The notes beneath the pieces are model-generated. The model saw only the letters and a program-made list of their open reading frames with translations. It was not told the origin of the DNA and did not search any database. DNA of 64,000 bases from Nitrospirota bacterium (GTDB taxonomy: Bacteria; Nitrospirota; Nitrospiria; SBBL01; JAADHI01). Positions 10,128-20,044 of the stretch are shown here, piece by piece (position 1 is the first letter of the stretch; every line of letters starts with the position of its first letter). A program made the translations under genes and the position numbers. The DNA is taken from contig JAJDBX010000074.1 in NCBI GenBank assembly GCA_029261135.1, forward strand, positions 92,235 through 156,234. Reading direction: 5' to 3'.

Positions 10128-11171
10128 CTACATCTCCTCCGTCACAACAAAATTCATATAAACCGTGAGCATTCCACCACCATAAGCCTTTGGAAGCGGA
10201 GGAAGCGGGTGTGCGGCATAAACGGCGCGCATGGCTGATTGATCAAAAAAGTGATTGCCTGAGCTTTCTTCAATCGAGACCGAGGATTTATCAATACTGC
10301 CGTCTTTCTTCACAACAAAACGAATCACCAGCTTATCCCCACTAGAAGCCACAGGGGGAGGCGCCCACTGCCATCGAATTTTCTGATCGACCTTCTGTAA
10401 ATAATTGGGGAAGAAAAAAGATGTGCCGCCACTTAAAACGCCAACACCTTTAATCCCAGGAGAGACGCTGGCTTTCATCGAATGGGTGCTACCTTCCGAA
10501 TCAGAAGAACCCGATAAGGGAGCCTTCTCTTCCCCTGAATCCACTTTCGATGGGGATTGTTCTAACGAATCTTTCGATTGCGGATTTTGCACAGCTTGTT
10601 GTGGTTCTGTTGCTTTTCCAGGTAAAGGGCTTGAGACAAGCGAGTGCTTTTGAATATCAATTTTGGCTGTCCTCGTTTTCTTAACAGAACCCTTCTTTGG
10701 CTTTGTGATGGATTTTGATTCTGGAACTGCCAGCATTTTTTTCTGTTTTTTCCACCACTCTTGAAGCCGCTCAGGATCATCTTCTTCTTTAGGCATTGCC
10801 TTAACTGAAGTTCTCGGCGCTCGAGTGACAGAGGGTAGTTTTATCGTTTTAGCGGAAGTCGGTTTTTTAAGCGAGGCAAGCGTTTTGGCCCGTTTTGACT
10901 TTGAAGTGGAAGGCAGCGATTTCACTTTAGATCGGCTTATTTTTTTTGACGCAGTACCACTCTCCCCCAAACTCGACACTCTTGATTCCGGTATAATGAG
11001 GGTGACTTGAAATCCTTGGAAAGATCTGGGCTGTGAAGCAAAAAAGACCTGATTAACGACCATGAAGAGAAATAAAAAAACGTGCAGTAAGACAGAGAAA
11101 CCCATCATCCTCGACAGCCCTTGATGACGGCGTTCAAATAAAGGTCCCCAGGCTGCACGCAAAACACTCAC
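10128..11171 (-). CDS. TolA/TonB-family energy-transducer protein
   Basis: 347 aa. One N-terminal TM segment (FSVLLHVFLFLFMVV), a long K/S/P-rich linker and a C-terminal TonB_C-like block (YLQKVDQKIRWQW...GDKLVIRFVVKKDGSI). Sits between tolR and tolB. Confidence 0.65.
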   Translation of the reverse strand: MSVLRAAWGPLFERRHQGLSRMMGFSVLLHVFLFLFMVVNQVFFASQPRSFQGFQVTLIIPESRVSSLGESGTASKKISRSKVKSLPSTSKSKRAKTLASLKKPTSAKTIKLPSVTRAPRTSVKAMPKEEDDPERLQEWWKKQKKMLAVPESKSITKPKKGSVKKTRTAKIDIQKHSLVSSPLPGKATEPQQAVQNPQSKDSLEQSPSKVDSGEEKAPLSGSSDSEGSTHSMKASVSPGIKGVGVLSGGTSFFFPNYLQKVDQKIRWQWAPPPVASSGDKLVIRFVVKKDGSIDKSSVSIEESSGNHFFDQSAMRAVYAAHPLPPLPKAYGGGMLTVYMNFVVTEEM

Positions 11172-11351
11172 CGTTTCTTCCCCTTACATTAAAGGAATGA
11201 TCATATTAACAATCACCCAATACTTTATCAGTTTACCACGTTCATCCGCAGTTTCTATGCCTCTGACGGGTTAAAGCATTGATGTGTTTTATGAGGCAAG
11301 AGACGAGAACTAACGAACAATCATAGAAGGGGTTTCACTCGAGAAAATCAA

Positions 11352-11765
11352 TTACAACTTTTTTTTAGGCGCCGGTTCTGTGACAATCCCCAGCTTTACA
11401 ATCCCCGCCCGTTTTATCAAATCCATCACATGAACCACAGTCCCATAAGGCACATCACGATCTGCTCGCAGATAGAGCGAAACCTCTGGAGAATCTCCTT
11501 TTAAAATACGAAGACGTTCCTCCAAACGGGCCAAACCAATTTCTTCTTTATCGAGATAAACGGCTTGATCTTTACCTACAGTTAAGACTTTTCTTTCGGT
11601 GGGCTTAATACTGTTTGTCGTTGCCTTTGGCAGTTTGATATCCATGCCACGATAGAGAAGCGGTGCCGTAATCATAAAAACGATCAATAAAACCAACATC
11701 ACATCAACAAGAGGAATAATGTTGATCTCAGACATCATTTCACGATGTTTTCCAGAAGACATCAT
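11352..11765 (-). CDS. tolR: TolR/ExbD-family protein
   Basis: 137 aa. SEINIIPLVDVMLVLLIVFMITAP is the ExbD/TolR TM motif. Confidence 0.85.
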   Translation of the reverse strand: MMSSGKHREMMSEINIIPLVDVMLVLLIVFMITAPLLYRGMDIKLPKATTNSIKPTERKVLTVGKDQAVYLDKEEIGLARLEERLRILKGDSPEVSLYLRADRDVPYGTVVHVMDLIKRAGIVKLGIVTEPAPKKKL

Positions 11766-11784
11766 TTTATAACAAGCTCACCCA

Positions 11785-12498
11785 TTACTCAGAAGATTCA
11801 AGAATCAATTTTTCCTCAACCAAGGAGACAACCTCTGAAGAAAAGACTTCAAGCTGTGTATGCATTTTTCGAATACGGCTGATGTATAAATTATAAGCGA
11901 TTGCCGCAGGAATCGCCACAAAAAGGCCGGCGGCCGTATTCACCAGCGCCTCTGCCACACCTGGCGCAACAACGGCAATATTCGCAGAACCTTGACGTCC
12001 AATTTCCTGAAAAGAACCCATGATGCCCCAAACAGTCCCGAAGAGGCCGACAAATGGCGCGGTATTTCCTATCGTGGCCAGAAGATGGAGGTAGCGTTCC
12101 TGGTAGGTAATTTCATCTTGAAGCGCGCCCTGAAGTGTCCGCTCGACAACAGACAAGCGCATGGCGTTTGCGCCAGCATCCTGAATACTTTTCTGAGAAA
12201 CTTTCCCTCTAAAAAGTAATGCGTCAAATTTTGGAAGCACTGCATCAAGGATGACGGCCAAAGAACCCCTGTTACGCTTAAGCACCTTAGATGAGATATC
12301 TTCTAAATCATCCGCCTTTGAAAATAAAATCAAGAACCGACGATTTTCAGCATCGACCTTCCGAAAGGACACCCATTTGTTGAAAATGATGGCCCAAGAA
12401 GAAATCGAGCCGAAGAGCAGTGTAAAAAGCACGAGCTTCGCGACAATGCCGGCAGCAAGAAATGAATCAATGATGGAGGAATCTATCGAAGCATCCAA
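11785..12498 (-). CDS. tolQ: TolQ/ExbB-family proton channel
   Basis: 237 aa with a TTG start. The MotA/TolQ/ExbB block is [24 protein letters not shown]. Confidence 0.85.
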   Translation of the reverse strand: MDASIDSSIIDSFLAAGIVAKLVLFTLLFGSISSWAIIFNKWVSFRKVDAENRRFLILFSKADDLEDISSKVLKRNRGSLAVILDAVLPKFDALLFRGKVSQKSIQDAGANAMRLSVVERTLQGALQDEITYQERYLHLLATIGNTAPFVGLFGTVWGIMGSFQEIGRQGSANIAVVAPGVAEALVNTAAGLFVAIPAAIAYNLYISRIRKMHTQLEVFSSEVVSLVEEKLILESSE

Positions 12499-12574
12499 AT
12501 GGTTGTATCTCTTTTTACCTAAATATCTCTAAAGTAATCTTAAAAGTGATGAAAAAGTCAGAATCAAAAAAAAT

Positions 12575-12651
<77 letters not shown>

Positions 12652-12685
12652 GCAAACTTTATTATCGAAAATACTCTCCCACCAC

Positions 12686-12761
12686 TGGTAGGCGGAACAG
12701 GGCTCGAACCTGTGACCCTCGGCTTGTAAGGCCGACGCTCTCCCAACTGAGCTACCCGCCC
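12686..12761 (-). tRNA. tRNA-Val (TAC)
   Basis: The reverse complement GGGCGGGTAGCTCAGTTGGGAGAGCGTCGGCCTTACAAGCCGAGGGTCACAGGTTCGAGCCCTGTTCCGCCTACCA folds as a cloverleaf. Anticodon is TAC, and CCA is encoded. Confidence 0.9.
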
Positions 12762-12823
12762 GTCAATTGCTTGAAAAGCAATATATCGACGTGTACAATA
12801 CTACCTACTTCTGGGTTTGTCAA

Positions 12824-13930
12824 TTGCGAAACGTTCTTTTTTCCTCTGTAATATTAGTGTTTTACCTTGTCGGATGCGCTCAAATACCGCTTCCGCTGAC
12901 CACACCGGCACACAAAAAAAAACCGCCCCGATTTATTAATTTTGAAACCGGGGCCAATATCAAAAGTCTCGCATTTGAAGGACGATTTCTCTGGCTAGGA
13001 CTCTCTACCGGGATTATTCGCTATGACACGCACACCCAAGACCAGTATGAGATCCATACAAACCGTTCAAGCAAGGGTCTGCTCGCGAGAGGAATTTACA
13101 AGATTGCCATCGATCAACAAGGTACCAAATGGATCGGCACTTATGGAGGCGGACTCTCTCAGTTTGACGGAAAACAATGGCAAATTTTTACGCCTTATGG
13201 TGCAGGAAAAACAAGCTACGATGCATCTTGGACCATTTACCCGGCAGGATCTGGTCTGGGGGATCTTTGGGTCTACGACATCCTTTTTGACAGTGACAAT
13301 ACGGCCTGGATTGCAACCTGGAAAGGCGTCAGCCACTATGATGGCAAATCGTTTAAAACTTATACCGTTGAAGCCGGACTGCTCAACAAATGGGTTTACG
13401 CCATAGCAAAAGACCTTGATGGAATTTTATGGTTTGGAACTGAAGGAGGTCTAAACAGCTTTGATGGCCAAAATTGGGCCGGTTACACCCATGAAGATGG
13501 ATTAGGCGCGAAAATTGAACTTACTGCCAACGATGCGGGCACAGATACAGGGCACCACCGGCGTCATCAAAAAGAAAACCGCATGGGCAATCCCAATTAT
13601 GTTCTCGACATCGCCATTGATCACAATAATATCAAATGGATCGGCACCTGGGGCGCAGGGCTTTCAAGGTTCGACGGAAAACAATGGAAAACGTTCACTG
13701 CAGGAAACGGAACGATTGGGGGAAACTTTGTTCACGCGCTTGAAATTGATTCAGAAGGAACACTTTGGGCCGGCACGGATCAAGGGGTCAGCCGATTTGA
13801 CGGAAAACAATGGACAACCTACACCACACAGGACGGATTATTGGATAACAACGTCTTTTCCATCGCATTTGGCCCGACCGGAAATAAATGGTTTGGCACC
13901 TGGAGCGGACTCAGTAAGATGGTTGATTAA
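12824..13930 (+). CDS. lipoprotein with Reg_prop-type (two-component regulator propeller) beta-propeller repeats
   Basis: The ORF track starts at 12767, only 5 nt after tRNA-Val. An in-frame TTG at 12824 gives MRNVLFSSVILVFYLVGCAQ, a lipoprotein signal. The body has repeated W(I/F)GT.GGL..FDG(K/Q).W blocks. Confidence 0.7.
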   Translation: MRNVLFSSVILVFYLVGCAQIPLPLTTPAHKKKPPRFINFETGANIKSLAFEGRFLWLGLSTGIIRYDTHTQDQYEIHTNRSSKGLLARGIYKIAIDQQGTKWIGTYGGGLSQFDGKQWQIFTPYGAGKTSYDASWTIYPAGSGLGDLWVYDILFDSDNTAWIATWKGVSHYDGKSFKTYTVEAGLLNKWVYAIAKDLDGILWFGTEGGLNSFDGQNWAGYTHEDGLGAKIELTANDAGTDTGHHRRHQKENRMGNPNYVLDIAIDHNNIKWIGTWGAGLSRFDGKQWKTFTAGNGTIGGNFVHALEIDSEGTLWAGTDQGVSRFDGKQWTTYTTQDGLLDNNVFSIAFGPTGNKWFGTWSGLSKMVD

Positions 13931-14201
13931 TTGACCCAAAAAAAATCTGCTTCACCTCTTTACTAAAATACGGAGTAAAGCGTGTTCAAAATTCAGCACT
14001 CAGTTTGTCACAAATAACATATTTCTTGTCAACCCAGTGGGATGACCGCTGATTCTATTTTTTCATAACAATGTTTTCAAAACCGTTTCATCTCGAATAC
14101 CCCCAAAACCCTGCAACCCACACTAAAAATTCGTACAATTTATGACCTCTTAACCTCAGTCAGCAAGGTGAGCGAATTGATCCTCTTTATGGTAAGCTTT
14201 C

Positions 14202-14231
14202 TTGACAGATATCCTTGAAAACAGTTATATT
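14202..14231 (+). promoter_or_regulatory. candidate sigma70-type promoter of moaD-moaE
   Basis: TTGACA (14202-14207), an 18-nt spacer, then TATATT (14226-14231). This lies 30 nt upstream of the moaD ATG, which has a GGGAGGAG Shine-Dalgarno (SD) sequence. Confidence 0.4.
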
Positions 14232-14260
14232 TTTGATCGAATTTAGGGAGGAGTCTTCAT

Positions 14261-14509
14261 ATGGTAAAAGTCAGGTTCTTTGCAGTACTTAAAAGTCTTG
14301 TTGGAAAAGAAGAGGTTTCGCTTGATGTCGAGGAAGGGACAACCTTAGCTCAGTTGCTTGAAAAGCTCAAAATGGATCTTCCCCCCTTAGACGATATCTT
14401 ACAAAAGGGAGGGGTCTTGATTTCAGTCAACCAAGAAGTAGTTGATAGAGAAGCGCCAATTCAAGATGGAGACGAAATCGCTTTCCTGCCTCCATTCGCA
14501 GGTGGATAA
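14261..14509 (+). CDS. moaD: molybdopterin synthase sulfur-carrier subunit MoaD
   Basis: 82 aa, ubiquitin-like size, C-terminal ...FLPPFAGG (Gly-Gly end). Immediately upstream of moaE. Confidence 0.8.
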   Translation: MVKVRFFAVLKSLVGKEEVSLDVEEGTTLAQLLEKLKMDLPPLDDILQKGGVLISVNQEVVDREAPIQDGDEIAFLPPFAGG

Positions 14510-14550
14510 CCCACTTTTCCAACCATATCATTTACTGAAAGGGTATAAAA

Positions 14551-14979
14551 ATGGATCAAGATCGTATTCGGGTTCAGACAGAAGATTTCAGTACTGAAGA
14601 AGAAACAGACAAAATTAAGGCATGCTCAAAAAGAATTGGCGGCATCGTAAATTTTCTGGGAACCGCACGTGATTTCTCAAAGGGTCAGGAGATCAATCAT
14701 ATGTTCTTTGATCACTATCCAGGAATGGCTGAAAAACGTCTTGCCGAGATTAGAGAGCACGCCTTAAAAGATTATGACATCATCGAAGTCACCATCATCC
14801 ACCGGGTCGGTGAAATTGCAATTGGAGACAATATCGTCTTGATTATTGTCGGCGCTGAACACCGGAAAGATGCATTTCGCGCCTGTTCATGGTGCATTGA
14901 TGAACTGAAACGGATCACGCCCATTTGGAAAAAGGAAACCACCCCTGAAGGCATTGTTTGGGTCGAAGAACACCCTTAA
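14551..14979 (+). CDS. moaE: molybdopterin synthase catalytic subunit MoaE
   Basis: 142 aa. Contains GGIVNFLGTAR, IIHRVGEIAIGDNIVLIIVGAEHRKDAF and ITPIWKKE. Confidence 0.85.
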   Translation: MDQDRIRVQTEDFSTEEETDKIKACSKRIGGIVNFLGTARDFSKGQEINHMFFDHYPGMAEKRLAEIREHALKDYDIIEVTIIHRVGEIAIGDNIVLIIVGAEHRKDAFRACSWCIDELKRITPIWKKETTPEGIVWVEEHP

Positions 14980-15097
14980 ATCAATCTACTCCTGCTAGAG
15001 CGGATATATCTCAAAAAAATTTATGCGGGCACCAACCCTAAAAAAATACTGAATTACAGTTTTTTAGAACCATGGGGAAAGCAATCCCCTTAGTGGC

Positions 15098-16006
15098 TTA
15101 GTGGCTGATCGTTATAAATTTTTTGACCCGTTTTTTCCAAAGAAACTGTTTGAGGGGCTTAATTGCCGCATGCGCAGCTTCCTCCCCTTTTTGGATGGCT
15201 TCTTCAAAGCGCCAAAAATCAGACCAGTGGATGCCTGAAATAGCAGGGGTAATTGAAAAATCAACCCCATTTAATTGCCGATTGGATAATATGCAGCGTG
15301 TAATCTCATTGGCTCGGAGCACCACATCCAGTCCGCTATCAAAAACTTCCGCCGTTTCTGCATCTTCTGAGATATTGACCGCAATGACAACATCAATCCC
15401 TTGATCCTGTAAAGGAGAAACGGGAACCTGGTTGACCCATCCACCATCAATAAGCTGATGGCCATTAATATGAATTGGGGGGAGTACACCGGGAATGGCA
15501 CAACTCGCGGCCACGGCTTTTCGAACAGATCCTTCAGTGAGCAGAACCTCTTCTCCACTGGTTAAGTCTGTTGCGACCGCAACAAAAGGGATCACACAGT
15601 CTTCTATGTCCTTATCCTCCAAAAGAAGACCCATTTGGGATAAAAAAACTTTTTCAGAAATGAAAGAGGTGCGCTGTAAAGAAATCCCCCAAAAGATACC
15701 TTTTTGTAGATAGGTTTTTAAATTGGTCATGAAGGATTTTGTTTTTTTCTCTTCATAATGCCGCTTGATGAAGAAAATCTTTGTCCGGCGAAAGTCTTCA
15801 CTTTTTAAAAAAGCAAGAACACGTTCTTTCAGTTGATCAATCTTTGGATTTTGCGCATACATCGCACCTACGATCGAACCGAAACTGGTCCCCGAAATCA
15901 TGTGAAGTGGGATGCCTTCCGATTCAAGCACCTTCAGAACACCGATGTGTGCAAGTCCTCTGGCACCGCCTCCCCCCAACGCCAATCCAACTTTTAATGA
16001 TGTCAT
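15098..16006 (-). CDS. patatin-like phospholipase
   Basis: 302 aa. Oxyanion GGGGARG, nucleophile elbow GTSFGS and a catalytic DGG (LIDGGWVNQVP). Confidence 0.85.
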   Translation of the reverse strand: MTSLKVGLALGGGGARGLAHIGVLKVLESEGIPLHMISGTSFGSIVGAMYAQNPKIDQLKERVLAFLKSEDFRRTKIFFIKRHYEEKKTKSFMTNLKTYLQKGIFWGISLQRTSFISEKVFLSQMGLLLEDKDIEDCVIPFVAVATDLTSGEEVLLTEGSVRKAVAASCAIPGVLPPIHINGHQLIDGGWVNQVPVSPLQDQGIDVVIAVNISEDAETAEVFDSGLDVVLRANEITRCILSNRQLNGVDFSITPAISGIHWSDFWRFEEAIQKGEEAAHAAIKPLKQFLWKKRVKKFITISH

Positions 16007-16221
16007 TCAGAAACAGCCTTCTCCTGTTTTTTTTCTTTCTTTGAAACAAGGGATGCCGTTTTTTTAACCAACAGATTTTTCTTTCGTTCTATTCTTTTTA
16101 AGCGTTTTTTTAAGCCCCGGATCGCAATTAAATCGACCTCTTTTCCATGGGCTTCACCCACTTTTAATTTTAAATCTTTGATTTGTGCCTCAAGCTCTTT
16201 AAGCGCCACGTTTCCTCCCAT
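16003..16221 (-). CDS. small lysine-rich coiled-coil protein, unknown function
   Basis: 72-aa ORF. Its stop overlaps the patatin ATG (16003-16006). No family recognised. Confidence 0.35.
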   Translation of the reverse strand: MGGNVALKELEAQIKDLKLKVGEAHGKEVDLIAIRGLKKRLKRIERKKNLLVKKTASLVSKKEKKQEKAVSE

Positions 16222-16250
16222 TTGTTTAATTTTTGCAGTGTCTGTGAATA

Positions 16251-17168
16251 TTATAATTCTTTAAAGTATGCAACAGTGTTTTCCAAACCTTCTCTGAGCA
16301 ATACGGTCGGTTCCCATTCGGCATCCTTATAAATTTTCTTGGTATTGAGACAACTTCTTTTCTGCTCTCCCATTTTCTCAGGACCGTGAATTTCTTTTAA
16401 ATCAGAGGCCGTAATCTCAAGTAAATGTTTATAAAGCTGGTTTACAGTGGTCTCAATCCCGGTTCCGACATTAAATGTATCATTGGCCTTCATATTAATA
16501 ACCGCCATGTTCGCTTCGACCACATCTTTGACATAGACGTAATCTCTTGTCTGCATCCCATTCCCATTAATCGTCGCTTGCTCACCTTTGAGTAATTTTT
16601 CGGCGAAAATTGCCACAACACCCGCCTCACCGTGAGGATCTTGGCGTGGCCCATACACATTCCCGTATCGAAGGGTCGCACACTCCAATCCACAGATTTT
16701 TTGATAATAATAAAGATAGTGTTCACCGGACAACTTACTGATGCCATATGGAGAGAGGGGATGTGTAGAATGATCCTCTGAGGCCGGAAATGTGACCTGT
16801 TCTCCATAAATCGCGCCTCCTGAAGAGGCAAAAACAATGCGTCTTGTGCCATTTTTTACGGCACATTCAACCAGGTTGATGAGTCCGAGTATGTTACTCT
16901 TGGCATCAAAAGCGGGATCATCGACTGATTTTCGGACATCCATTTGCGCGGCGTGGTGGCTGATAATTTCAGGTCTTTCTTTCTGGATAATCCGGTGTAA
17001 ACGACTACTCTGAATATCGACTTTATAAAAAATGGCCTCTTTATTCAGATTTTTCTTTTTTCCTGTTGAAAGGTCATCCACAACAACAACGTCATGGCCT
17101 TCTTCAATGAAACGGTCAACAAGGTGAGATCCAATAAAACCCGCGCCTCCGGTTACCATCACCTTCAT
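16251..17168 (-). CDS. NAD-dependent epimerase/dehydratase (UDP-glucose 4-epimerase-like)
   Basis: 305 aa. Rossmann motif VTGGAGFIGSHL and an SDR catalytic YxxxK (SPYGISK). Confidence 0.8.
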   Translation of the reverse strand: MKVMVTGGAGFIGSHLVDRFIEEGHDVVVVDDLSTGKKKNLNKEAIFYKVDIQSSRLHRIIQKERPEIISHHAAQMDVRKSVDDPAFDAKSNILGLINLVECAVKNGTRRIVFASSGGAIYGEQVTFPASEDHSTHPLSPYGISKLSGEHYLYYYQKICGLECATLRYGNVYGPRQDPHGEAGVVAIFAEKLLKGEQATINGNGMQTRDYVYVKDVVEANMAVINMKANDTFNVGTGIETTVNQLYKHLLEITASDLKEIHGPEKMGEQKRSCLNTKKIYKDAEWEPTVLLREGLENTVAYFKEL

Positions 17169-17229
17169 TACATTCTCCTCCTATGTCCCACAATAACCTG
17201 AAAATATCCCGTTTTTCTCAAAATAGTTC

Positions 17230-18030
17230 TCATGAAGGTTCCAAGATCTGCTCTGTTTCCGGTTGAGATCGCAAGTTCTTAAAATACACAAGAAATTCAA
17301 TATTCCCTTTTTGGCCTTCAATCGGGGAAGGGATTGAACCCAATATTTGAAGCCCCCAAAGTACTCCCATTCCACAGATGCGGGTAACAACCGCTTGGCG
17401 ATTTTCAGGGTTTCGGACAATACCGCCTTTCCCGACTTGGCCTTTTCCCACTTCAAATTGAGGTTTAATCAGGGCGATCAATGCCCCTCCCTTTTTGATC
17501 CAGGGCAACACGGCAGGAATGACTTTTTCAAGTGATATAAATGAAACATCAATCGTCACCAGGTCAACCTGTTCCGGGATCAAATCCTCTGAAATGGCAC
17601 GAATATTTTGACGTTCTATTACAACAACACGCTGATCTTGGCGTAGGGGCCAGGCAAGTTGCCCATAACCCACATCAACAGCATAAACCCGGGCGGCACC
17701 ACGTTTTAATAGACAATCAGTGAAACCACCCGTGGAGGCACCCACGTCCATGACAACAAAATCAGTCACATTTAAGCTAAAAACGGATAAGGCCTCTTCC
17801 AACTTAAGACCACCACGACTCACAAAAGGATGAGAAGTTCCGATCAGTTCAATCTCGGCATCAGCTTTAACCAATGACCCTGCTTTATCAACCTTGTTTC
17901 CGTTGACAATCACGCCACCGCTCAAAATCAAAGCCTTGGCACGTTCTCGACTTTCAGAGAGTCCTCGAAGAAAAATAAGTCGGTCTAAACGGTCTTTCGG
18001 TATTTTTTCATTCGTTTGGGATGGCCTCAA
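17230..18030 (-). CDS. tlyA: TlyA-family rRNA 2'-O-methyltransferase
   Basis: 266 aa. N-terminal S4-like RLDRLIFLRGLSESRERAKALI, then an FtsJ-type SAM motif VMDVGASTGGFTDCLL. Sits next to dxs-ispA-xseB. Confidence 0.8.
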   Translation of the reverse strand: MRPSQTNEKIPKDRLDRLIFLRGLSESRERAKALILSGGVIVNGNKVDKAGSLVKADAEIELIGTSHPFVSRGGLKLEEALSVFSLNVTDFVVMDVGASTGGFTDCLLKRGAARVYAVDVGYGQLAWPLRQDQRVVVIERQNIRAISEDLIPEQVDLVTIDVSFISLEKVIPAVLPWIKKGGALIALIKPQFEVGKGQVGKGGIVRNPENRQAVVTRICGMGVLWGLQILGSIPSPIEGQKGNIEFLVYFKNLRSQPETEQILEPS

Positions 18031-18062
18031 AAATATAACGTCACAATAAGGGACTGAGATTA

Positions 18063-20030
18063 TTAAACAATCTTAACACGCGTTGGTTTCGCCACGATCG
18101 TCTTTGACAGAAGGCGTTTGCTTTCGGATGAGGGTTCTGCAAATCGAGTGACAAATTGAGCAATTCCTGCGGCGTCGAGCCCAAAATCTTGTCTTAAACG
18201 CTTTTGAGACCCATGCTCAATAAATACATCAGGCAAGCCCAATCGGCGAACCAAAACAGAAGGAATATTTCCCGAATTTTGCTCTTCTTCCAATATCGAA
18301 ATCACCGATTCTCCGAAGCCTCCGGATAAAGCATGCTCCTCCAAAGTGACTATTTTTTTACAGTGCTTAGCGATTGAGACCAAGAGTTTTCGATCAATCG
18401 GCTTGGCAAAACGGGCATTCACAACCCCTGCGGCCAATCCCTTTTCTTTCAATGCCAAGGCAGCTGCCTGTGCGGGGTAAACCATATGCCCAATGGCAAT
18501 CATGGCCACGTCCCATTTTTTCTCTAGATCCCCCATAACAATTTCACCCTGACCGATTGGAAGTGTTTTCAACTCTTGATCGAGAGAAACGCCAATACCC
18601 GCTCCTCTTGGGTAGCGGATGGCCACAGGTTGATTGAGCTGAAGCGCTGTCGCCAACATAAGCTGAAGTTCATTTTCATCTTTGGGCGACATGAGAATCA
18701 TATTCGGGATGCCTTTTAAATAGGCGATATCAAAGACACCTGCGTGTGTGGCCCCATCTTCACCCACGAGCCCGGCCCGGTCCAAGCAAAAAACTACTGG
18801 CAGCTTCTGCAAAGCGACATCGTGAACAATCTGGTCAAAACCACGTTGTAAAAAAGTAGAATAGATAGCCACCACCGGACGAAGTCCATCCGCAGCCATT
18901 CCAGCGGCCATCGTAACGGCATGTTGCTCGGATATCCCTACATCATAAAAACGCTCTGGAAATACCTCAGCAAATTTATTTAACCCTGTTCCTGCTGGCA
19001 TCGCTGCTGTGATCGCGACAATATTTTTGTCTTTTTTGGCCAATTGGATCAAGCTTTTTGAAAAAACAGCGGTATAGGCTGGAGGGTTCTTTCCTGATTT
19101 TTTCTTGGCCTGACCGGTAGAAAGATCAAAAGCAGGTGTGCCATGATATGAAGCAGGATCGGCCTCGGCTGGGGCATATCCTTTTCCTTTTTTGGTCACA
19201 ACATGGAGTAAGATGGGGCCATTAAGGTTTTTTATATTATCAAAAGTGGTCAGCAAGTGATCAATTCGGTGCCCATCGATGGGTCCAAAATACTGAAAAC
19301 CCAGTTCCTCAAAAAGAAGCCCTGGCACGATCATGCCTTTGACAGACTCTTCTGCCCGTAAGGCAACCTTCAGCACAGAATCACCAATTTTGGGGATATT
19401 TTTCAGGAGTGTGGCCGTTTCGTTCCTCACTTTTGTATACAGTCGTCCGCTTAGAATCCTATTTAAATAAGCGGAAAAAGCGCCGACATTTTCAGAAATC
19501 GACATATCATTGTCGTTTAAAATCACAATGAGATTACGTTTGAGCGCCCCTGCATGATTCAAGGCCTCATAGGCCATGCCCGCCGTCATTGAGCCATCTC
19601 CAATGATGGCTATAACATGGTGCTTCTCTTTTTTTTGATCTCGCGCCTCAACCATACCGAGTGCAGCAGAAATGGATGTGCCTGCATGTCCCGCCCCAAA
19701 AGTATCGTAGGGGCTTTCACTGCGAGAAAGGAAACCGCTGATCCCTCCATGCTGGCGTAAGGTCGAAAAGACATCTCTTCGACCCGTTAAAATCTTATGA
19801 GGATAGGCCTGATGCCCCGTATCCCAGACCAATCTATCTCGGGGCGCATCAAAACAGGTATGTAATGCAATGGTCAATTCAACGGTTCCTAGGCTTGCAC
19901 CCAGATGCCCACCTTTTTCAGACACCGTTTTGAGAATAAACTCACGAATTTCTTCAGCCAAACCGGGAAGAGTTTTACGGGGAATTTTTTTTAAATCTCC
20001 GGGTGAATTAATCTGTTCTAGTAAAGACAT
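18063..20030 (-). CDS. dxs: 1-deoxy-D-xylulose-5-phosphate synthase
   Basis: 655 aa. Contains GGHLGASLGTVELTIALH, the TPP motif GDGSMTAGMAYEALN and a transketolase-like C-terminus. Confidence 0.95.
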   Translation of the reverse strand: MSLLEQINSPGDLKKIPRKTLPGLAEEIREFILKTVSEKGGHLGASLGTVELTIALHTCFDAPRDRLVWDTGHQAYPHKILTGRRDVFSTLRQHGGISGFLSRSESPYDTFGAGHAGTSISAALGMVEARDQKKEKHHVIAIIGDGSMTAGMAYEALNHAGALKRNLIVILNDNDMSISENVGAFSAYLNRILSGRLYTKVRNETATLLKNIPKIGDSVLKVALRAEESVKGMIVPGLLFEELGFQYFGPIDGHRIDHLLTTFDNIKNLNGPILLHVVTKKGKGYAPAEADPASYHGTPAFDLSTGQAKKKSGKNPPAYTAVFSKSLIQLAKKDKNIVAITAAMPAGTGLNKFAEVFPERFYDVGISEQHAVTMAAGMAADGLRPVVAIYSTFLQRGFDQIVHDVALQKLPVVFCLDRAGLVGEDGATHAGVFDIAYLKGIPNMILMSPKDENELQLMLATALQLNQPVAIRYPRGAGIGVSLDQELKTLPIGQGEIVMGDLEKKWDVAMIAIGHMVYPAQAAALALKEKGLAAGVVNARFAKPIDRKLLVSIAKHCKKIVTLEEHALSGGFGESVISILEEEQNSGNIPSVLVRRLGLPDVFIEHGSQKRLRQDFGLDAAGIAQFVTRFAEPSSESKRLLSKTIVAKPTRVKIV

Positions 20031-20044
20031 CCTACTCCTTCTGG

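Noticed and set aside
13023-13934. Alternative-frame ORFs (13023..13406, 13515..13934 plus; 13067..13336 minus) in the Reg_prop gene.
   Set aside because: The main frame shows the repeated W.GT.GGL..FDG..W propeller blades. The alternative frames have no motifs.
13931-14260. A Moco riboswitch or other structured RNA in the 330-nt region upstream of moaD.
   Set aside because: I could not find the conserved Moco-motif elements or any convincing extended pairing. Only a TTGACA-18-TATATT promoter-like pair is reported.
17181-17456. 91-aa minus ORF overlapping the tlyA 3' end.
   Set aside because: It is in a different frame of the same DNA as the well-supported TlyA C-terminus, and it has no SD or motif.
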